A stretch of DNA of 62,450 nucleotides, the filler included, from Sphacelaria rigidula (lineage: Eukaryota): the NCBI GenBank assembly GCA_964200075.2. It is 8 parts of 8 records of this genome, joined end to end, with 100 filler letters (N's around TTAATTAATTAA, not from the genome) between each part and the next. Parts side by side here need not be neighbours in the genome. Positions count along the whole stretch, not along the records: positions 7,821 to 15,539 come from CAXNAA020013680.1; positions 15,640 to 23,358 come from CAXNAA020013681.1; positions 23,459 to 31,177 come from CAXNAA020013682.1; 5 more parts are not named here. One strand, given 5' to 3'. The translations under genes were made by a program, and so were the position numbers. The number at the start of each line of letters is the position of its first letter. Position 1 is the stretch's first letter. Shown here piece by piece: positions 12,073 through 25,930 of the stretch. The notes beneath the pieces were generated by a model. That model saw only the letters and a list, made by a program, of their open reading frames with translations. It had not been told where the DNA came from and searched no databases.

Positions 12073-13594
12073 TAAGAAGCGGCCTTGGAAAAAAGCCGGC
12101 GAACCGAACCGGTTCTGAATCTGATTGTGTGAGAAAAAATCAAGCGAGTGCCAAGTCATATGTGAAGGGGGGGAGGGGAAAAACTGCTATTATATCAAGT
12201 TTCGACGCTCAACGTTGAACCAAAGACGTCGAAGCCGAAACGCGGGTGCCCTGAGCGAGGGAAAGGAGACACGAACATTCCTGCAGAACATTAACCTTCG
12301 GCGATGGTTTATTTTATTTTTTTCGTAATGATATCAACCCCTTCCAATCCCATAGTCTCGAGGGATCCAATGAATCAACTCGTCTCTCTGTCTCAGTCTC
12401 TGTCTGCCTGCCCGCCTGCCTGCCTGCCTGTCTGTGTATCACCCTCCCCCTCCCCTCTTCCCATCTTCCCTCTCTCGGTACCTACCTGTCTGACATTTTG
12501 GTATCATCGTAATCGCGGATTTGTTGGATCACCGCTCACTCCCGCACCGCCGCAACGATTCTCGCCGTTTTTCTTATTATTTTACACACCCGTTCGGACC
12601 ATGCTTTCAACGACGGACATGAGATTCTGCTACAAAAGAAATAAGACCTCATGTCTCGGGGGTCTGAACAACCCGCACTCTTCCCTTCCGCCCTAGCGAG
12701 CTATCGATGTAAGCGCTTGTTACAAGGTTACTTTACTAGAGGGAGCTAGCTACTCGCACGCCCTATGCGACTTGTGCGCAAGAGTCGAGGTGGCCGAGGA
12801 GGAATGCTAGGTGGGGGGGGAGGGGGGTTGAGAGAGTCGCCATCAAAAGGCATGAAAAAGAACGGTTCGAGCTATTCCTTCCCACGGGAGATTGGAAGCA
12901 AACATTTACAATATATCGCCGTTTTTTTCTTGCCAAATCCGTTCTCCTTTGTGATTTTGTGGCACTTTGTGATTTTTTCGTATTTGGCCATTTTCTTGGG
13001 GCTCTTTTCGCTTATGTACCACCACTGATCACATTGAGGATCTCAATATATTTGTATCTGCTTCACATTCCAAGAAAAAAATAATAATCTGTACTCAATA
13101 CTTGGTGACTTACGGGCTGACCGGTTATCGGGGGTCCTGCCACGATTCAGCCCAGATTCTTACTCTTCGGTATTCTCGGTCGATCGTACCTGTCCCGATC
13201 ATATTTTTTGAAGAAATGTACATTTTTATTTTTTTTAATTTTTATCTACTCATTGCACTAGAGCCGAAAAACTGTGTTTCACGATCAATAACACCCTCCT
13301 GATAAACGGGGTATTTACTCGTATCGCCCGATAACACCAACTAGCACTGACTTGGGCGTAGTGTTTCGAGGATGATCTATTTATTGTAACAAAACCTACC
13401 GATGCTAGCAATTTCGAGTTCGATCGAAAGGTAGTACGCGAGGGGAACCCCGAAACACCCCTGAATAGTTACACCGCCCACTACTGTACAACATTTATCC
13501 GGTCAAGGGACGCTCGGGGCTTGGGGAATGAAAAAGTGGCGCGTTTTCCAATACCTATTTCATCATAATAGACAGGTTCACGAACAAAAACATA

Positions 13595-14218
13595 CAGTAG
13601 GTGGTCCGATATAGCTTCAGGGCAACACCGCTATTCAGGGCATTATCGCTATTCCTCAATAATGGTATTTTTGCCGCTATTGGGCGCGGTAATAGGGGCA
13701 ATTTTGCCGCTCTAGAGGAGAAATTGTTGTGTGTTGTATGTTACCGACAGCTGTTCGTGGAATCTAGTTCCCTACGCGCTGTTCCGTGGTGGTGTATGTT
13801 CTACTCCGGACGTGGTGTGTGGCCTCGTCGTAGTTTGGCATTTCCAAACGGTATATAGCAGTTTTATTGTTGTTCTTGTGTTGTGTATCCATGTAGAAAC
13901 GCTCCGATTTCTGCCCACCACGTTTACTGAGACGTCTGTATACGCTGCTCGTCCAAGCGACACGATTATTTTTTTGTCACAGCGTACCTTCGGTGTGACA
14001 AAAACTGAAACCCAAGCATCCACAACGCGCAGGAGTGAAGTGACACAGTAGCACGACGTAAAAGGGTCCGCTGAGTGGAGAATGCCGCTATTGCGGGGGC
14101 CAAACCCTCCCAGAATGCCGCTATTGAGGGATATGTTCTTGATAGCGGCATTCTACCGCTATATCGGGTCGGAGCGGCGCCAAGCGATTTTGATACCGCT
14201 ATATCGGGTCATCTACTG
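13595..14218. mobile_element. Tc1/mariner-pogo-type MITE with TA TSD
   Basis: TA|cagtaggtggtccgatatagc ... gctatatcgggtcatctactg|TA, with subterminal (g/a)ccgctat repeats. Confidence 0.85.
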
Positions 14219-14619
14219 TACCAATATATCAAGGGGTGGTACATCTCTCAGTTTAGGCACTCCTTTCCCTTCCCCGTCTCCCACAGGATAAATCTGAAGT
14301 ACGACCCCCCCCCCCCCCCCCCCTCCTCCCCCCGTTTTTTTTGGCCTTATAGAAAAATATATATTCACGTTGTCCAATGCACACCCCTTGCCCGAGGCTC
14401 TCGTACGCCTTGGGTCGGGGTTACGAGCTGGGCCAGCTTAAAAGCTGCTAAAACTTGCTTACACCACAGCTTCTCCAGTTTCCCGAATGAACCCGATGTA
14501 AGCACATCACCGTGAAGTGTAGACCAAACTGGTGACACACGGCACTGCCGCTGAATGGAAAAAAAAATGAAAAAAATGAAAAAAAATGTACTGCATAATA
14601 TATGACCTTGACGACAGAC

Positions 14620-14705
14620 AAAAAAAAGAGAATATGTCGGGATTCGAACTCATGACCTCCATAATTGGAGTCTCCCGTCACTTGATTTACATGGGTGCAG
14701 CAGCG
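14620..14705 (-). mobile_element. tRNA-like SINE head remnant
   Basis: Minus strand reads ggaggtcatgagttcgaatcccgac (B-box) followed by a T-run; no complete cloverleaf. Confidence 0.4.
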
Positions 14706-15539
14706 TCACGGAAAATGTTGAAGGCACGGCCTAATTCGACGAGTCTTGAGCTGAAGTTTCAGGAAAACCTTCTGCACCCAAGGAATTGATACTTCACGCG
14801 TCCAGCTGCAGATTCTCCTTTTTTTACTGGACCTATGGCATTATCTTGTTTTTGCTGAAATTTCAAATGCCCATAACTTTTTCTTTTTCCTTTTTTTATT
14901 TGCTGCTCCCGTGATGTTCTGCATTTCGATCATGAAAAGCTGCTGTCAAAATTTCAGCGTCCAGCTCCTGATATCGCGCCGTGCGTCGCCTGAGCGAGAT
15001 TCACACGTACTCTTGGCTGGCCCAGCTCGTAGGGTTTCAGGGTTAGTGTTAGTGTTAGATTGTTCGAAAAATATTAGCCATATATATGATATACGCTCAA
15101 AGCGATAGGTCCCCCATGTTCAAGACGTGAACCAATTTCAGTTTCAAAACTTTGACCAAGTCTGGCAGCCTCATCAATACTTGTATTCAGATTACCCCTG
15201 CCTCCCCTCCCGCCAATTTTTTTTTTGGGGGGGGGAGTGGGCGTGGTGCAGAAATTGAGATATGTACTACCCCCTGAATATCTGATTGTCTGAATATTTA
15301 CACGTGCACGCAATACTGTCGTCCTGTCACCGTAGCGTGGACCATCGTCACTACCTCGTCTCAAATAGCCCTATACTTGCTACGAGGATCACGGAACTTT
15401 GACTATATACAGCGAGTGGGCACGAGAGTGTAGATGCGAAACGCAACTGTGTATCTTCGGCGACACCCGCACCCACCCCCCGCCCCACAAGGAAGCAGGA
15501 GAAAAGCACAAGCGAATCACGATACAAACACAAAGACAA

Positions 15540-15639
15540 NNNNNNNNNNNNNNNNNNNNNNNNNNNNNNNNNNNNNNNNNNNNTTAATTAATTAANNNNN
15601 NNNNNNNNNNNNNNNNNNNNNNNNNNNNNNNNNNNNNNN
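15540..15639. other. Artificial contig linker
   Basis: N44-TTAATTAATTAA-N44. Confidence 0.98.
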
Positions 15640-15994
15640 GTATTCAGTGCGGAACATTATTTCTGGCGCCGTGCACTCGGCCCATGTCGCTCGTTTACGT
15701 TTCTATGCTGGCTCGCAGTTGCACATCATTGTGAAACTAAAAGATGCATTTCAGCATTCGTATGCTCAAGGTTAATGTCGGATCAATGTTTTGGTGCACG
15801 TCGCTGAGGATGACAATGGTGATGTCATTGTTTTGGTCGATTGGGAAGGGTTCGGTGCTGAAGAGCGTACGTGGAAGTCTCTTCGCAAGATTCATTCTTG
15901 TGCGCCTGAATTTGTTTTGAAGGAACTGCGTAAAATGCGGTTGACTCTGGCACTGACCAGTAAATTAGCGTCAGAGTATGGTGTTTCTTTGTGA
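15640..15994 (+). pseudogene. Ty3/Gypsy integrase C-terminus plus chromodomain remnant
   Basis: Translation gives SAHVARLRFY (post-integrase motif), one in-frame stop, then VIVLVDWEGFGAEERTWKSL (chromodomain LVxWxG..TW). Confidence 0.8.
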
Positions 15995-16198
15995 TCTGGT
16001 GCAAGCGATTTTTCTCGGTTTTTGTTGGTTATCGAGCTCGTTCGTTTGTCTTGAACTCGCTTTGGGCGTGCTGTAGCCAAATGATACCAAGCCGTGGGTT
16101 TCAGTATGATCGCATGCATGATTGGAGCAGTCGCAGGGGACAGGGGATCCTGGACTGATGACCCTCATCTGTGTGCCTCCTTCCTGTCTGGCTCTTGA

Positions 16199-16533
16199 TG
16201 TGGTCTGTTGAGGATCACTCCGTGATAATAACAAGTGAGAAGAAAGGACTTGTCGAGCACAAGGCGAGTGCTACTGGAGGAGTCCCTCGTGGATAGTAAT
16301 ATTGTCCAGGTCGTCTGGCAGAGGCTATAGAGCGATGACTCTAGTACTCGCCCTATTAATTCTTCCCACCACGAGCATTGACTCGAGTACTCGCCCTACT
16401 GTATTACAAAAACGACCCACGAGCAGCCGAACGAGTGCAAGTGCCACGAGTCACACTCGTGCTCGTCCGACGTTTGAAAGATTGTTTATCTTCAGCTTTT
16501 GGCTAAGTCCCGATAAAGCCTAGTCGAGCCACA
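16199..16533 (+). repeat. Possible 3' LTR of the Gypsy element
   Basis: Bounded by TGTGG...CCACA downstream of the chromodomain. No adjacent polypurine tract and no second copy in the window. Confidence 0.35.
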
Positions 16534-18613
16534 TCTGCATAAAAGAAAATAGTTATGACCAACAGGAACTGATGACTGAAGATTGATCCAGTGTGATGGC
16601 CAACCACAAACCAAGATCTCACGGCCTTTATTGCACACTCAACAATAATACCGGAGACTGCCTTTGTCGGCCCGCTGCTGCTGTCTACCGCGTTCTTTCT
16701 GTTTCTAGGCCTGGCTTGCTAGGTGAGTTAGGCCCCCTGCTCAATCAACGCCATGCCGCCAGCTGCGAAAACAAATGAGAGTAGCCACGCACTTGTGCAT
16801 GTCCTCATCCGCCTAGCTGGTGCATACCCGTAAGACAATCGTGTAGCTCATGTGACCACAGTTGAGTTGAATACATGTCGGTGAGACTACCCCTCCTGCT
16901 TTTCGGCACGGCCATTTCAGCCAACTGTTTTCATGGCGGTAGATTCTCGCCTCAGAGGTGAATACTGGTCACAGACCTTGTTCTGTGTTCCGTTTCGCTG
17001 CATCCCACTGCTCCCAAATGCGAGTTGAAACTGTTCCGAAACTTCGCGACGACGCCCCGATCGTACAGGCTGGCTCACGCTTATCACTTAAAGTGTGTCA
17101 TCAGTGAATGCCTTTCGCAATACCTACCCAATTATCACATAAATAATATCATATTGACCGCCATGGATAGCTGAAGAGCGTGACATAGCGGGATTTGTGT
17201 TCAAGGCCATACTGGTAGCGCCAAGAGCGAGAAGGTACCTCGACCATTGGCGCCCCTCAAATTGTTCTGAGATCAACATTTCGAATTCCAAGCCCAATTT
17301 TCACCTAATCTTCACATGCTTCAAACCGCAGTAACCGCCATCAGCTCGGCAATCTAACAGGAGAAACAGATTTGGAAAAAGTTACAAGATTGAATTATGC
17401 CCGAAACCATGATGTTTCGGTGATTTGAGGGTTTTGACGTCGTCTAATTTCCACTGATAATGCACACGAAAGACCCAGGGAGACCCCTTGACGGTTGTCC
17501 TTATATCTGATGTAGAAAAGCTCAGATCGCGCTCAAACTTGGCGACTCCGTAGGTATTGATGCTCCAAATAGAAAAGTTGTACTCTTGACAATATTTCGA
17601 AGTTTCTCGGTTCTCTACCGACTTCCGGGGATCCCAGAGTGACTGCCCCCGGAAGGCGGTATAGACTGCACCAATAGGACAAGAAAATGATGCATCCCGG
17701 GATAGGTCAAGAAACACATGTACAAAGTTTGGTCGAGAAACTCGCAAACCTCACACAGTCTTTCTTGCCTTGACGTAAAATTCGCCCAAAAAAGACGTTT
17801 CCACACTAAAACCACGTAGTTAGGAGTTTGCACGATTCAAGCTCCCATCCTCACGCAGACGCACACAACTCCACGCCGTTATTAAGAGTTACACCCTAAA
17901 ACTTGCACAAATATTCAATGAGCCATTAACCACCTTTTCATGGACGAGGTCTTTTTACTTCTTGACCCCTGTACCGTTTTTCGGGGGTCCGACGGGATCC
18001 AAGTAGTTTTTCCGAAGTAGTCTCCATTCTGAGACCCCGGACAACCGGCACTGCAATTTTTTTTTTTCATTTCTTCGCGAACGAGCTGTCGCCGCATAAC
18101 CCAAGGAAGAACCCCGCAAGGTTTCGTGGCCAAAACTCGATTGACTGCTGCTTGAAATTTGATGTCCATGCCACAAAAAGGCCGACAAATGTCATTTTAT
18201 ACTAAAATCAAGTAGTTTGCGGTTCACCGGGACACGGAAAAGTTCATCGCACAAACGCGCCAACCTTCACGCTGTGTTAGGGGTTGGATCCTGAAATTTT
18301 GCACGAATGTGCTATGGGCCAGCACGCAACTTCAGATGAACGAGTTTTTCTTTGTTCCTTCACCGTTTTTCGGGGGATCCGACACGATCAAATTTCCCCG
18401 GAGAAACCTGGCACCCCAGAAAAACGATAAAAAAGTAGAAACTAAAAAAGTAAAAAAACCTCTACCTTCGAAAATTTCGTAATGACGCATAGCACATCTG
18501 TGCCAAATTTAGATTCAACCTCCTGGAAACCGGCGTGAAGTTTTGCCGATGAGTGTTTTTAGTTGGATAAACGTGAACCAGCCTGTAGAGTCAGGGGTGG
18601 GCGAAAATTAATT

Positions 18614-19460
18614 CCGGTCTGGCCCGAAATATCAGCAGTATTTCAAAATTCGGCAATGTAAGCCTAAAGTGGATGGACCGCGATATAGTGACTGTGCAGC
18701 AGTTCCAGACGCGCTGAAGTGATTGAAAGCATGCCCGGGTTTGGCTGGGTATCCCCTGAGTGTTCAACTGCAGACTGATATTTTGCTCTGGCGTATGCAC
18801 TTTTTCGCCGCACTCTCGCTGAATCTAGCGCGCGCCATAAATCACACGCGGCACGTACAAGCCAAGCTGTTTCAGGTGGTTTGTCAGCGTATTGTGCAGA
18901 ATCCTCAGCTGTGCAGTGACCGACCGCTGGGCAGTTCGGTTCTTGAGCAGGATCTGGGCCACTCTCTCGTGGAGGGCTGCCACGTCGAGTCCTTCCCTGC
19001 CCCGCGCAAGTTCACAGCTGAGGCACGGGCGTTTTCTGCTGCCTGTGTTGGTGCCACACACGCGAAACGTGGAGCAACCAAACACCTCCGCATATTGCTG
19101 AGGTCTCCCTTGACCAATTTGCCATTCGTGCTGCCTTTGAGGAGCTCTTCAATCAACGCATGCCTCTCATTTTCATTGAGACTTTTTTCTGCGCACCTTC
19201 CCAGCAGCGCCTCCAGCAACGGACATGTCAATCCGAAGAGTGAAAAGTGTTTACCCGGCGATTGCCGCGCGAGAGCTCTGTTTGCCCCAGCTTCGCGTGC
19301 TGTTGTTGTGAAATGCAAGGATGTGCTGAAAAATGACGAATTTGACAGTCTCGTGATGACGTCGCAAAAACGATGGGAACAAAGCAATCAACAGAAGTTG
19401 ACACTGCAAGAGTTATTGTGCCGCATGTCCGGATCCTGCTGATATTTCGGGCCAGACTGG
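18614..19460 (-). mobile_element. Internally deleted mariner (DD39D/Soymar-like) element with an N-terminal transposase remnant
   Basis: TIR core gtctggcccgaaatatcagcag is a perfect 22-bp inverted match at both ends, with TA on the right flank. Minus-strand peptides LNENERHALIEELLKGSTNGKLVKG and GREGLDVAALHERVAQILLKNRTAQRSVTAQLRILHNTL resemble the HTH region of plant-type mariner transposases. The catalytic domain is absent. Confidence 0.75.
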
Positions 19461-22129
19461 TACAAGTAGATCGATATGCAGCAATGAGCAAGGGTCTGCT
19501 CGAGTCCGCAAGCAAGATGTTGACGTCTATGGATCGCATGGTGCCGTATGGAGTCCGAGAACACGACCTTGATGCATTGCAATTGGCTAGGCGTCCAATC
19601 AAACCAGTGTTGTGCCGGACATTCATTTTGTATTTTCATACCAGTTCAATATTTGACCGCAGACCCCCCGCAGGTGAACTCAGATGGAAGATGCAACATT
19701 TGGGAATCAGTATAGCTCGTTCTTCAAAAGACAAAACACCCTTTTTCATGGACATGTGGGTATTGAGTACCTGTATCGAAAATAGTCCAGGAGAACCCCT
19801 GACCAGTTTTGAGCCATATGAAATTGCATGTGCATGTAGAGCCAAAATGAATAGAATGAATATCTTCGCTGAGTAGTTTTCAGTTTTTGTGGGATACATG
19901 CTTTCATGATTTGCAAGTGGCGCACTCTGACAGCCGCCACTGCTGCGATACATGCAAGCAATATACGACTAATGTGCGGAAATAATAATTACTATTATGA
20001 TACATCCTCGCCTCTTATCTTAACTCTCGCAGCAATACTGGTACTTTCGAGGCAAGGCTGACCCACCTTGCACGCGTTTCGATCATGCAGCCATATCACA
20101 TCCTCTCCACTGTACCCCCTCGTTCACCGTCTTTATCAGGTCTTTACTGCTGCTACTGTACTCTACCGTATACACATGCGAACGTTTTTCATCAGTGGCT
20201 GAAAACAACGGTATGATACAGTCAGTGCGCCAGCTCTTTCCATCGAACACAGTGTACCACTGTCGGGGCAAGGCTGGCATGGCTCGAGCGCGGTTTGATC
20301 TTGCATACATGTCACATCGTCTCACCTGCGCTTCCTTTTTTTGTTCTCTCTGTAAAACTGGTGCTACTGCGGCTACTCCACCACGCTGCACACGTTCTTC
20401 GTCAACCGTGACTGGATAGAACGGTAAGAAAAAGTCAGCGTGCCATCGCTCTCCACTGAGCACACCCGACGTCCCCGTTTAGTGTTTCCATAATGACTGC
20501 ACAGCCAGTGTGAAGCTATGCTGGCAACAGATATGGGATCAGACAGGCTGCCAAGACTACGAGCAGAGTGAAAAAGACACTATTTGCCCATCTCTTCCAC
20601 GGTCAAGTGGTGTTGATCAAAATGGGGCGAGGTAGTCCATCTTTACTCCATCTTTGGTGGAACAGAAGTGACCATCCCGACCGATCGAAGTTATCGAAAT
20701 GCTCACTCCCCTCCTCTCGGGTCCCGTTTCCGGCTTCGAAGTTTCTGCCACGGCTGACTTGATGAGCTTACCGGCAGATCTGCAAACAGGCTCCCACTTC
20801 CTGTCTCAACCACCCCCCCCCCGCTCTCTGGAAAGCCCTAGATGTCCTTTGACTGCCAGCCAGAAAAACAGTCTCGAGAAGAGGCTTGCAGTCAAAGGGC
20901 TAAACGCCTTCATATTCATCGACGAGCGTCGCGAAGGTTTGGGCTAGACGCTGCAAAACCCCCATTTCTTCAGGACCGAATGTAACACGCAGCTATTATG
21001 ACCGCTTGCTCAACCGGTTAGAACATACGGAGTACTAAACAAAATGAGGGGCAAAGTAAACCGAGGCTTTGAAGAAAAGATGAGGTGGCGTGGGACGAGA
21101 GGAGGCGGAGTTTGTCCCCGGGCTTGTGTGTTTTGGTGTTTGCTAGCCCTCCCGCGCGGACCAGCCCATGGTTTTGGTGAAGACATTCTACTCTCGTCAT
21201 GCATCGCTTTCTACGTCTGCCAGGCAAGGCACACAACGTTCAGACCATCGGTGTTCGATTGCAAAGGTTTGGCAAGTTCATTCGAACCGCGTCAACCGAA
21301 GAACTTGGTTGAAGTTCGAAACGTGTCGGAGAGGCTGGAATATTCCACTGGCCTTGACTTGAATACTTCTGTACGTGGGCAGCCACGTTCTGGATACCTC
21401 TGTGCTGACATCGAATTCTCTTATCTCCGGCGCTGTTTAGTCGAACGGAACAAGAGGGTATGCTTGTTATCTGCAGACCATCAGAAATCTCTTGCAGATG
21501 GCCTGAGTGAAGTTTATTCTCGCTGTGAATTTCACAATACGGTGGGGGTTGGGCAATCTTCCGAATACCGGGACATTGAATCGTACTTTGCTTGTCTCTG
21601 AAGTATACAGACCGTAGCTGACACCGTCCATACATATCTCTTGGCTTTCACGCACAAAGTATGGTCGATACCTAGCAAACTCCAAGCAAGTACGCGGAAA
21701 ACGTGATGCCTCTCTTGAGCACAAATACGGCAAAGGTGTGCACCTCTAGTACGAGGTTCGGAGAGCTTAGATCTTCCAGCAAGAGAATTGTGTGACGAAA
21801 ACGCTGGGCTCTTGGTGTGGCTTTTGGTGGTCGTTCCGGCTGCCCTGCTCACAAGCACTTCGTACATGTTTGAAGTCTCTCCCTAACTCAACTTGCGTTG
21901 CATATCAAAGCCACCTAGCTACCAGTGCCTTTCAGTTCTACTGTGATGGACCATTCTTGCTACTGATATAATCAAAAGTGAAGTCGAAAGGACGACTCAT
22001 GAAGGTCGCACTGTGTACTGAGGTTGTGACCATATCTTTGGCTTCAAACGACGGCTCCTAGCAGGTACTGCTCGCATGCGCAAAAGCATCGCGCTGGATT
22101 GAGTACAGCATCAGTTATCTGCGGTCATG

Positions 22130-22613
22130 TTTCCGCATACAGATGGCTGCATGGTTGGTCGAGTTCGTCGCCTTCGCTGCGTCTTGTTTATTTAAGTATT
22201 GTCAATGATGACCTTATCGCCGGTGCAACACTGCGACCCCATGTGACAGTTCTCGTCTGTGACGGCTAACAGGGCACGGTTGTCGTCTGACACTTCACAC
22301 ACAAGTTGGCGGTGAACAGGACATGAATGGGGCAATCTGCTAACCCCTGTCGGCAAAAATATCTCTGATTGCTCGCTGCTCCCTGTTCGTACTCCTGCGG
22401 TCCTGCGTTGTTCCGTTGCGGCGACGGCGATGATGTGATACATTCGGTAGCGCACAATCTCGGTATCCCACGATCTAGACCGCCACCGTTCTGGAGCCCT
22501 CTTCTGGAACCCTCCCGCACCCCCATCTCTCATGACAGCATCATACCATGTCAATGTTCTAGAGACAAAACATGAGTCCACTCCGCAGTCCACACCATGT
22601 TCAACATTCTACA
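22130..22613 (-). repeat. Probable 3' LTR of the Copia element (left boundary approximate)
   Basis: On the minus strand a polypurine tract gggggagag (22622-22614) is followed immediately by TGT, with an aataaa near 22190. Confidence 0.5.
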
Positions 22614-22679
22614 CTCTCCCCCGAGCGTTGGTTTAAAGGGTTCACTGCCGCGCTCACGTCACCCTACTTGTTTTGACAA

Positions 22680-23110
22680 GACAAACTTGGTGACTAACGG
22701 CTTCTGCAGCCTCTTCGAGAAGATGTCTGCCATTTGGTCCTTCGTAGGCACGTACACCCAATTCCTTCGTCCAATTGTCGACGTTCTCACGTGTCTACTT
22801 GAGCTTGATGTCTACTATACATGCTTCGTATGCCTTCTGAATCCAGCCTTTGATGCCGCTCGAATGGCACCGCGGATATCACAAAGCCCTGAGACTATTC
22901 CCTCGGCCAACCGGTTCCATGTAGAATTCCCCTCATCAAGATTGCGTGTCCATTCTGCTCCCGATGACGATGGAGTTATTGACTTCTGTGACTCCAGCTT
23001 TCAGGCGATTGGTGATCCGTTGAATAGCAGGAGGTAATCGGTGATGCTTCTGTGGTCCTCTGTGTGTTGACCCCAGTCGGAATCCGAGTATCTGACCATC
23101 ATGTTGTCGT
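22680..23110 (-). pseudogene. Ty1/Copia RNase H remnant
   Basis: YSDSDWG..EDHRSITDYLLLFNGSPIA*K..QKSITPSSSGAEW, RHTKHV and YVPTKDQMADIFSK are canonical Copia RNase H motifs, here with stops. Confidence 0.88.
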
Positions 23111-23358
23111 TCTTACACTTTTCCTGTGCTGACTGCCGACGTTGAGCATGGTCACGAGGTAGCGGGGCACATGTTGTACAGTAATCAGCGGGCAAACTGG
23201 GCAAATTTCGCAATTGGTCTTTATGCCGATGCCTCAATTGCCACCGCCCATCACGGTGAACGTTTTTTCTCAAATTTTGGGTATTGGGAGATACTATAGT
23301 AGTCAGCGTCAAAAGTTTTCAGAATTCGTAGTCGTCCTTTTTTCTGAGTTTTTCTGGA

Positions 23359-23458
23359 NNNNNNNNNNNNNNNNNNNNNNNNNNNNNNNNNNNNNNNNNN
23401 NNTTAATTAATTAANNNNNNNNNNNNNNNNNNNNNNNNNNNNNNNNNNNNNNNNNNNN
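23359..23458. other. Artificial contig linker
   Basis: N44-TTAATTAATTAA-N44. Confidence 0.98.
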
Positions 23459-24845
23459 ATTTTGTGGATGCGGTTGATAAAAATCAAACTCTCTAGCTTT
23501 CACAGATGTTGCGACTTCGGTGCAGTTTGTTACCGTGACCACCTCTCAGACGGGAGTACGCGCTAGGGCAACGAAAGGTAGATACGATCCGGTTTGCCTG
23601 CCGTATTGCTGACAGCGTCGCGTGAGAGCCACAAGACCCTTGCTGCCGGCGGTTGATGGCGTGGGTCTCGAATATAACGACATGCGGTTGATCGTAGAGC
23701 ACTCTCGCCTCTCCTCCCAACTTGTGATAATCCATGACCTCCTGACATCGGAATAATTGTCACTTGTGGGAAGCTCCTCGTACTGTACCGAACTGTCCAC
23801 GCGACCAGCGTGTGCTGCAGATTGCCTATGCGCCACGCTAGCAACAGTTAGGTCACCACCATACAGACGTATCTTTTTTCACTAGCAACGGTGAGGTCAC
23901 CACCATACATACGTATCTTTTTTCACTGCTTACCCCCATCTGCGCGTCGGCCCAGAAAATTCTCAGATGGCCTGGAGTCGCGAGCGCCTGCGATCTAAAA
24001 GCTGACAAGCCTGCACATCAGGAATTTTCCCAAAAAAATGGATTGTACACTAGTTTCAAGGCAATGCTTAGAATAAATACCTCTTCGTAGTCGTATTCAT
24101 ATTCAAGTTGGCTTTTACAAAGCATCGCCAAACCACCAACGCTGAACGACCTGTTGCCAAGGAGGATGTTCTGCCGAAACAAAAGTGCAGCAACGCATGT
24201 ATGATTGGTGTGCGTGCGCCATTCCGGTGCATCTGTGACGTGGTAGGACATTAGGACGTGTCTTAGCGCATCATTTTTCGATCGAACACGTGCGGCAGAA
24301 AAAAAAAAGGTTCGATTCGATTGGACATGATTTCAACCATCGTCATGTATGTTGACATGACGACCCATCAGATCGTAATTTTTGCTTTCCACCGCAGTTT
24401 TTCAATCGAAAAACAATTTGATAAGACACGGCCTTAGATACCACAAGCCTTCGACCGCGACGGTATGTCACGTGCTGAATCGGTGTAATTTTCACTTGAA
24501 AAAAACATGTGTAATCCCGATAGACTACCCACATCGCGGTATAAAGACTACCCACATCGCGGTATAAGGGTTGAGCATGTATAGGAAGCGGGAAAATATT
24601 ACATCAAGGACAGGTCGACATCAAAACAGAGAGGAATATGCTAAAAGCATTCACCAAAACTGATACGAAGATGAGCGCGGACTGCTCTTGCACATGAAAA
24701 CTACGCCGTAGCTCTTCCGACACGAAAGTCAGAAGAAGTACAAACCAGCCAAACGAAGAGCGAAACAGAACAAGCCCAAAACAAGGCGTTTTATTATCAC
24801 CCATACATACAAAGAGCAGATACATTGTTGACATACAAGTCCTCG

Positions 24846-25142
24846 CTATACAGTAGTTGCCGGCTTGAACACGTTGAACCCATCGGCAGCGGTGCTCAAA
24901 ATCACCCCCGGAATCTGAGGGTGGAAATGCAACTCTTTGATATCCGTCTGCCCTTGATGAATGAACAGCAGTTGCGGTGGCAAATCCTTCAATCCGTCAG
25001 AGATTGCGCCACCCCCGGTCACCCCAGCTGCCTCATCGTCGGCTTCAACAGATAAATCCCAGACGGTCAACTGGTTGTCCGCACCCGACGCCGCCAGCAT
25101 AGATTCGTCAGTGGGGTGCCACTCGATTGAAGTTATTGGGCC
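24846..25142 (-). CDS. GRWD1: Glutamate-rich WD repeat protein 1 (RRB1 ortholog), last exon
   Basis: cag|GGC acceptor; GPITSIEWHPTDESMLAASGADNQLTVWDLSVEADDE...DLPPQLLFIHQGQTDIKELHFHPQIPGVILSTAADGFNVFKP..* is the characteristic GRWD1 C-terminus; 297 bp, phase 0. Confidence 0.95.
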   Translation of the reverse strand, partial: GPITSIEWHPTDESMLAASGADNQLTVWDLSVEADDEAAGVTGGGAISDGLKDLPPQLLFIHQGQTDIKELHFHPQIPGVILSTAADGFNVFKPATTV

Positions 25143-25379
25143 CTGGCAAGTGGGCGACGTGAGGGAGGAGGGAGTTGGGGAACGCGGGTGCTTCAGATCA
25201 GGTGAGGTTGCTAAGTTCGTGCTGACCTCAAATTGAAAGACGGAACAAAACGACACCGGAAGTTGAGCGATCCAACAGCTGCAAAATCCGCACGTCAGTG
25301 TCACCAACATATATTGTCTCTTCATTTGCCGCACTTTGAACCCCTCTCCTTCCTCGGGACGAGTCCGTGGTCTCAAGGG

Positions 25380-25625
25380 ATCAACCCATCTTTCCACCGT
25401 ACACGCATAACATTTGGGTCTTGCGGATTGGGTCAGCACTCCCGCCCCTCGTCAACTCTCGTCAAACAAACTAAGTCAGCCATTTCTGCTTACTCACGCA
25501 CCCACGCTTTCGACGGTGGGAATCAGATACTTTAAGGAAAAAAATCCCACGAATCAGGAATCGAACCCACCCTCTCTCCACCCCCACGGTGACAGTTGGA
25601 CTATTACATTGCCGGGAAGCAGCGG
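25380..25625 (-). mobile_element. tRNA-derived SINE (family B) inside a GRWD1 intron; 3' boundary approximate
   Basis: Minus strand reads ggcaatgtaatagtcc...gggtggagagagggtgggttcgattcc, then a T-run and ccaccgtcgaaagcgtg; homologous to 31278-31435. Confidence 0.6.
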
Positions 25626-25676
25626 CAAAGCAACAAGACGAGAGAAAAACGTCCGCCGTGACACCCCCACATTCAC

Positions 25677-25904
25677 CTGGTGCCACCGGAACTGCGCAAC
25701 GGGCTCCCCGCTGCCAAACGCCCGGAGGTCCCAAATCTTGAAACTTCCATCGTCCGAACCCGAAGCGAGAAGATACGTGACGTTTCGATTCCAGCTGATC
25801 ACGTTCACGTCCTCATCGTGCGCCTCAAGGCTGAGCATCGCACCGTTTTTCTTCCGGAGATCCCACACGGACACTGTTTTGTCCGCGGAGCCCGAAGCGA
25901 ACAC
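25677..25904 (-). CDS. GRWD1: GRWD1 penultimate exon
   Basis: aag|GTG ... CAG|gtgaat; VFASGSADKTVSVWDLR...AHDEDVNVISWN..LLASGSDDGSFKIWDLR..FRWHQ; 228 bp. Confidence 0.95.
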
Positions 25905-25930
25905 CTTTTCATGAGAGGAGCGGAAAATTG

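Noticed and set aside
17150-17290. Possible second Copia RNase H remnant (..SRYLLALG..)
   Set aside because: Only a three-residue resemblance; the key motifs are absent.
21690-21735. Gag-like zinc knuckle CRICAQERHHVFRV on the minus strand
   Set aside because: The last Cys is missing and no other Gag or Pol motifs were recognised nearby; too weak to call.
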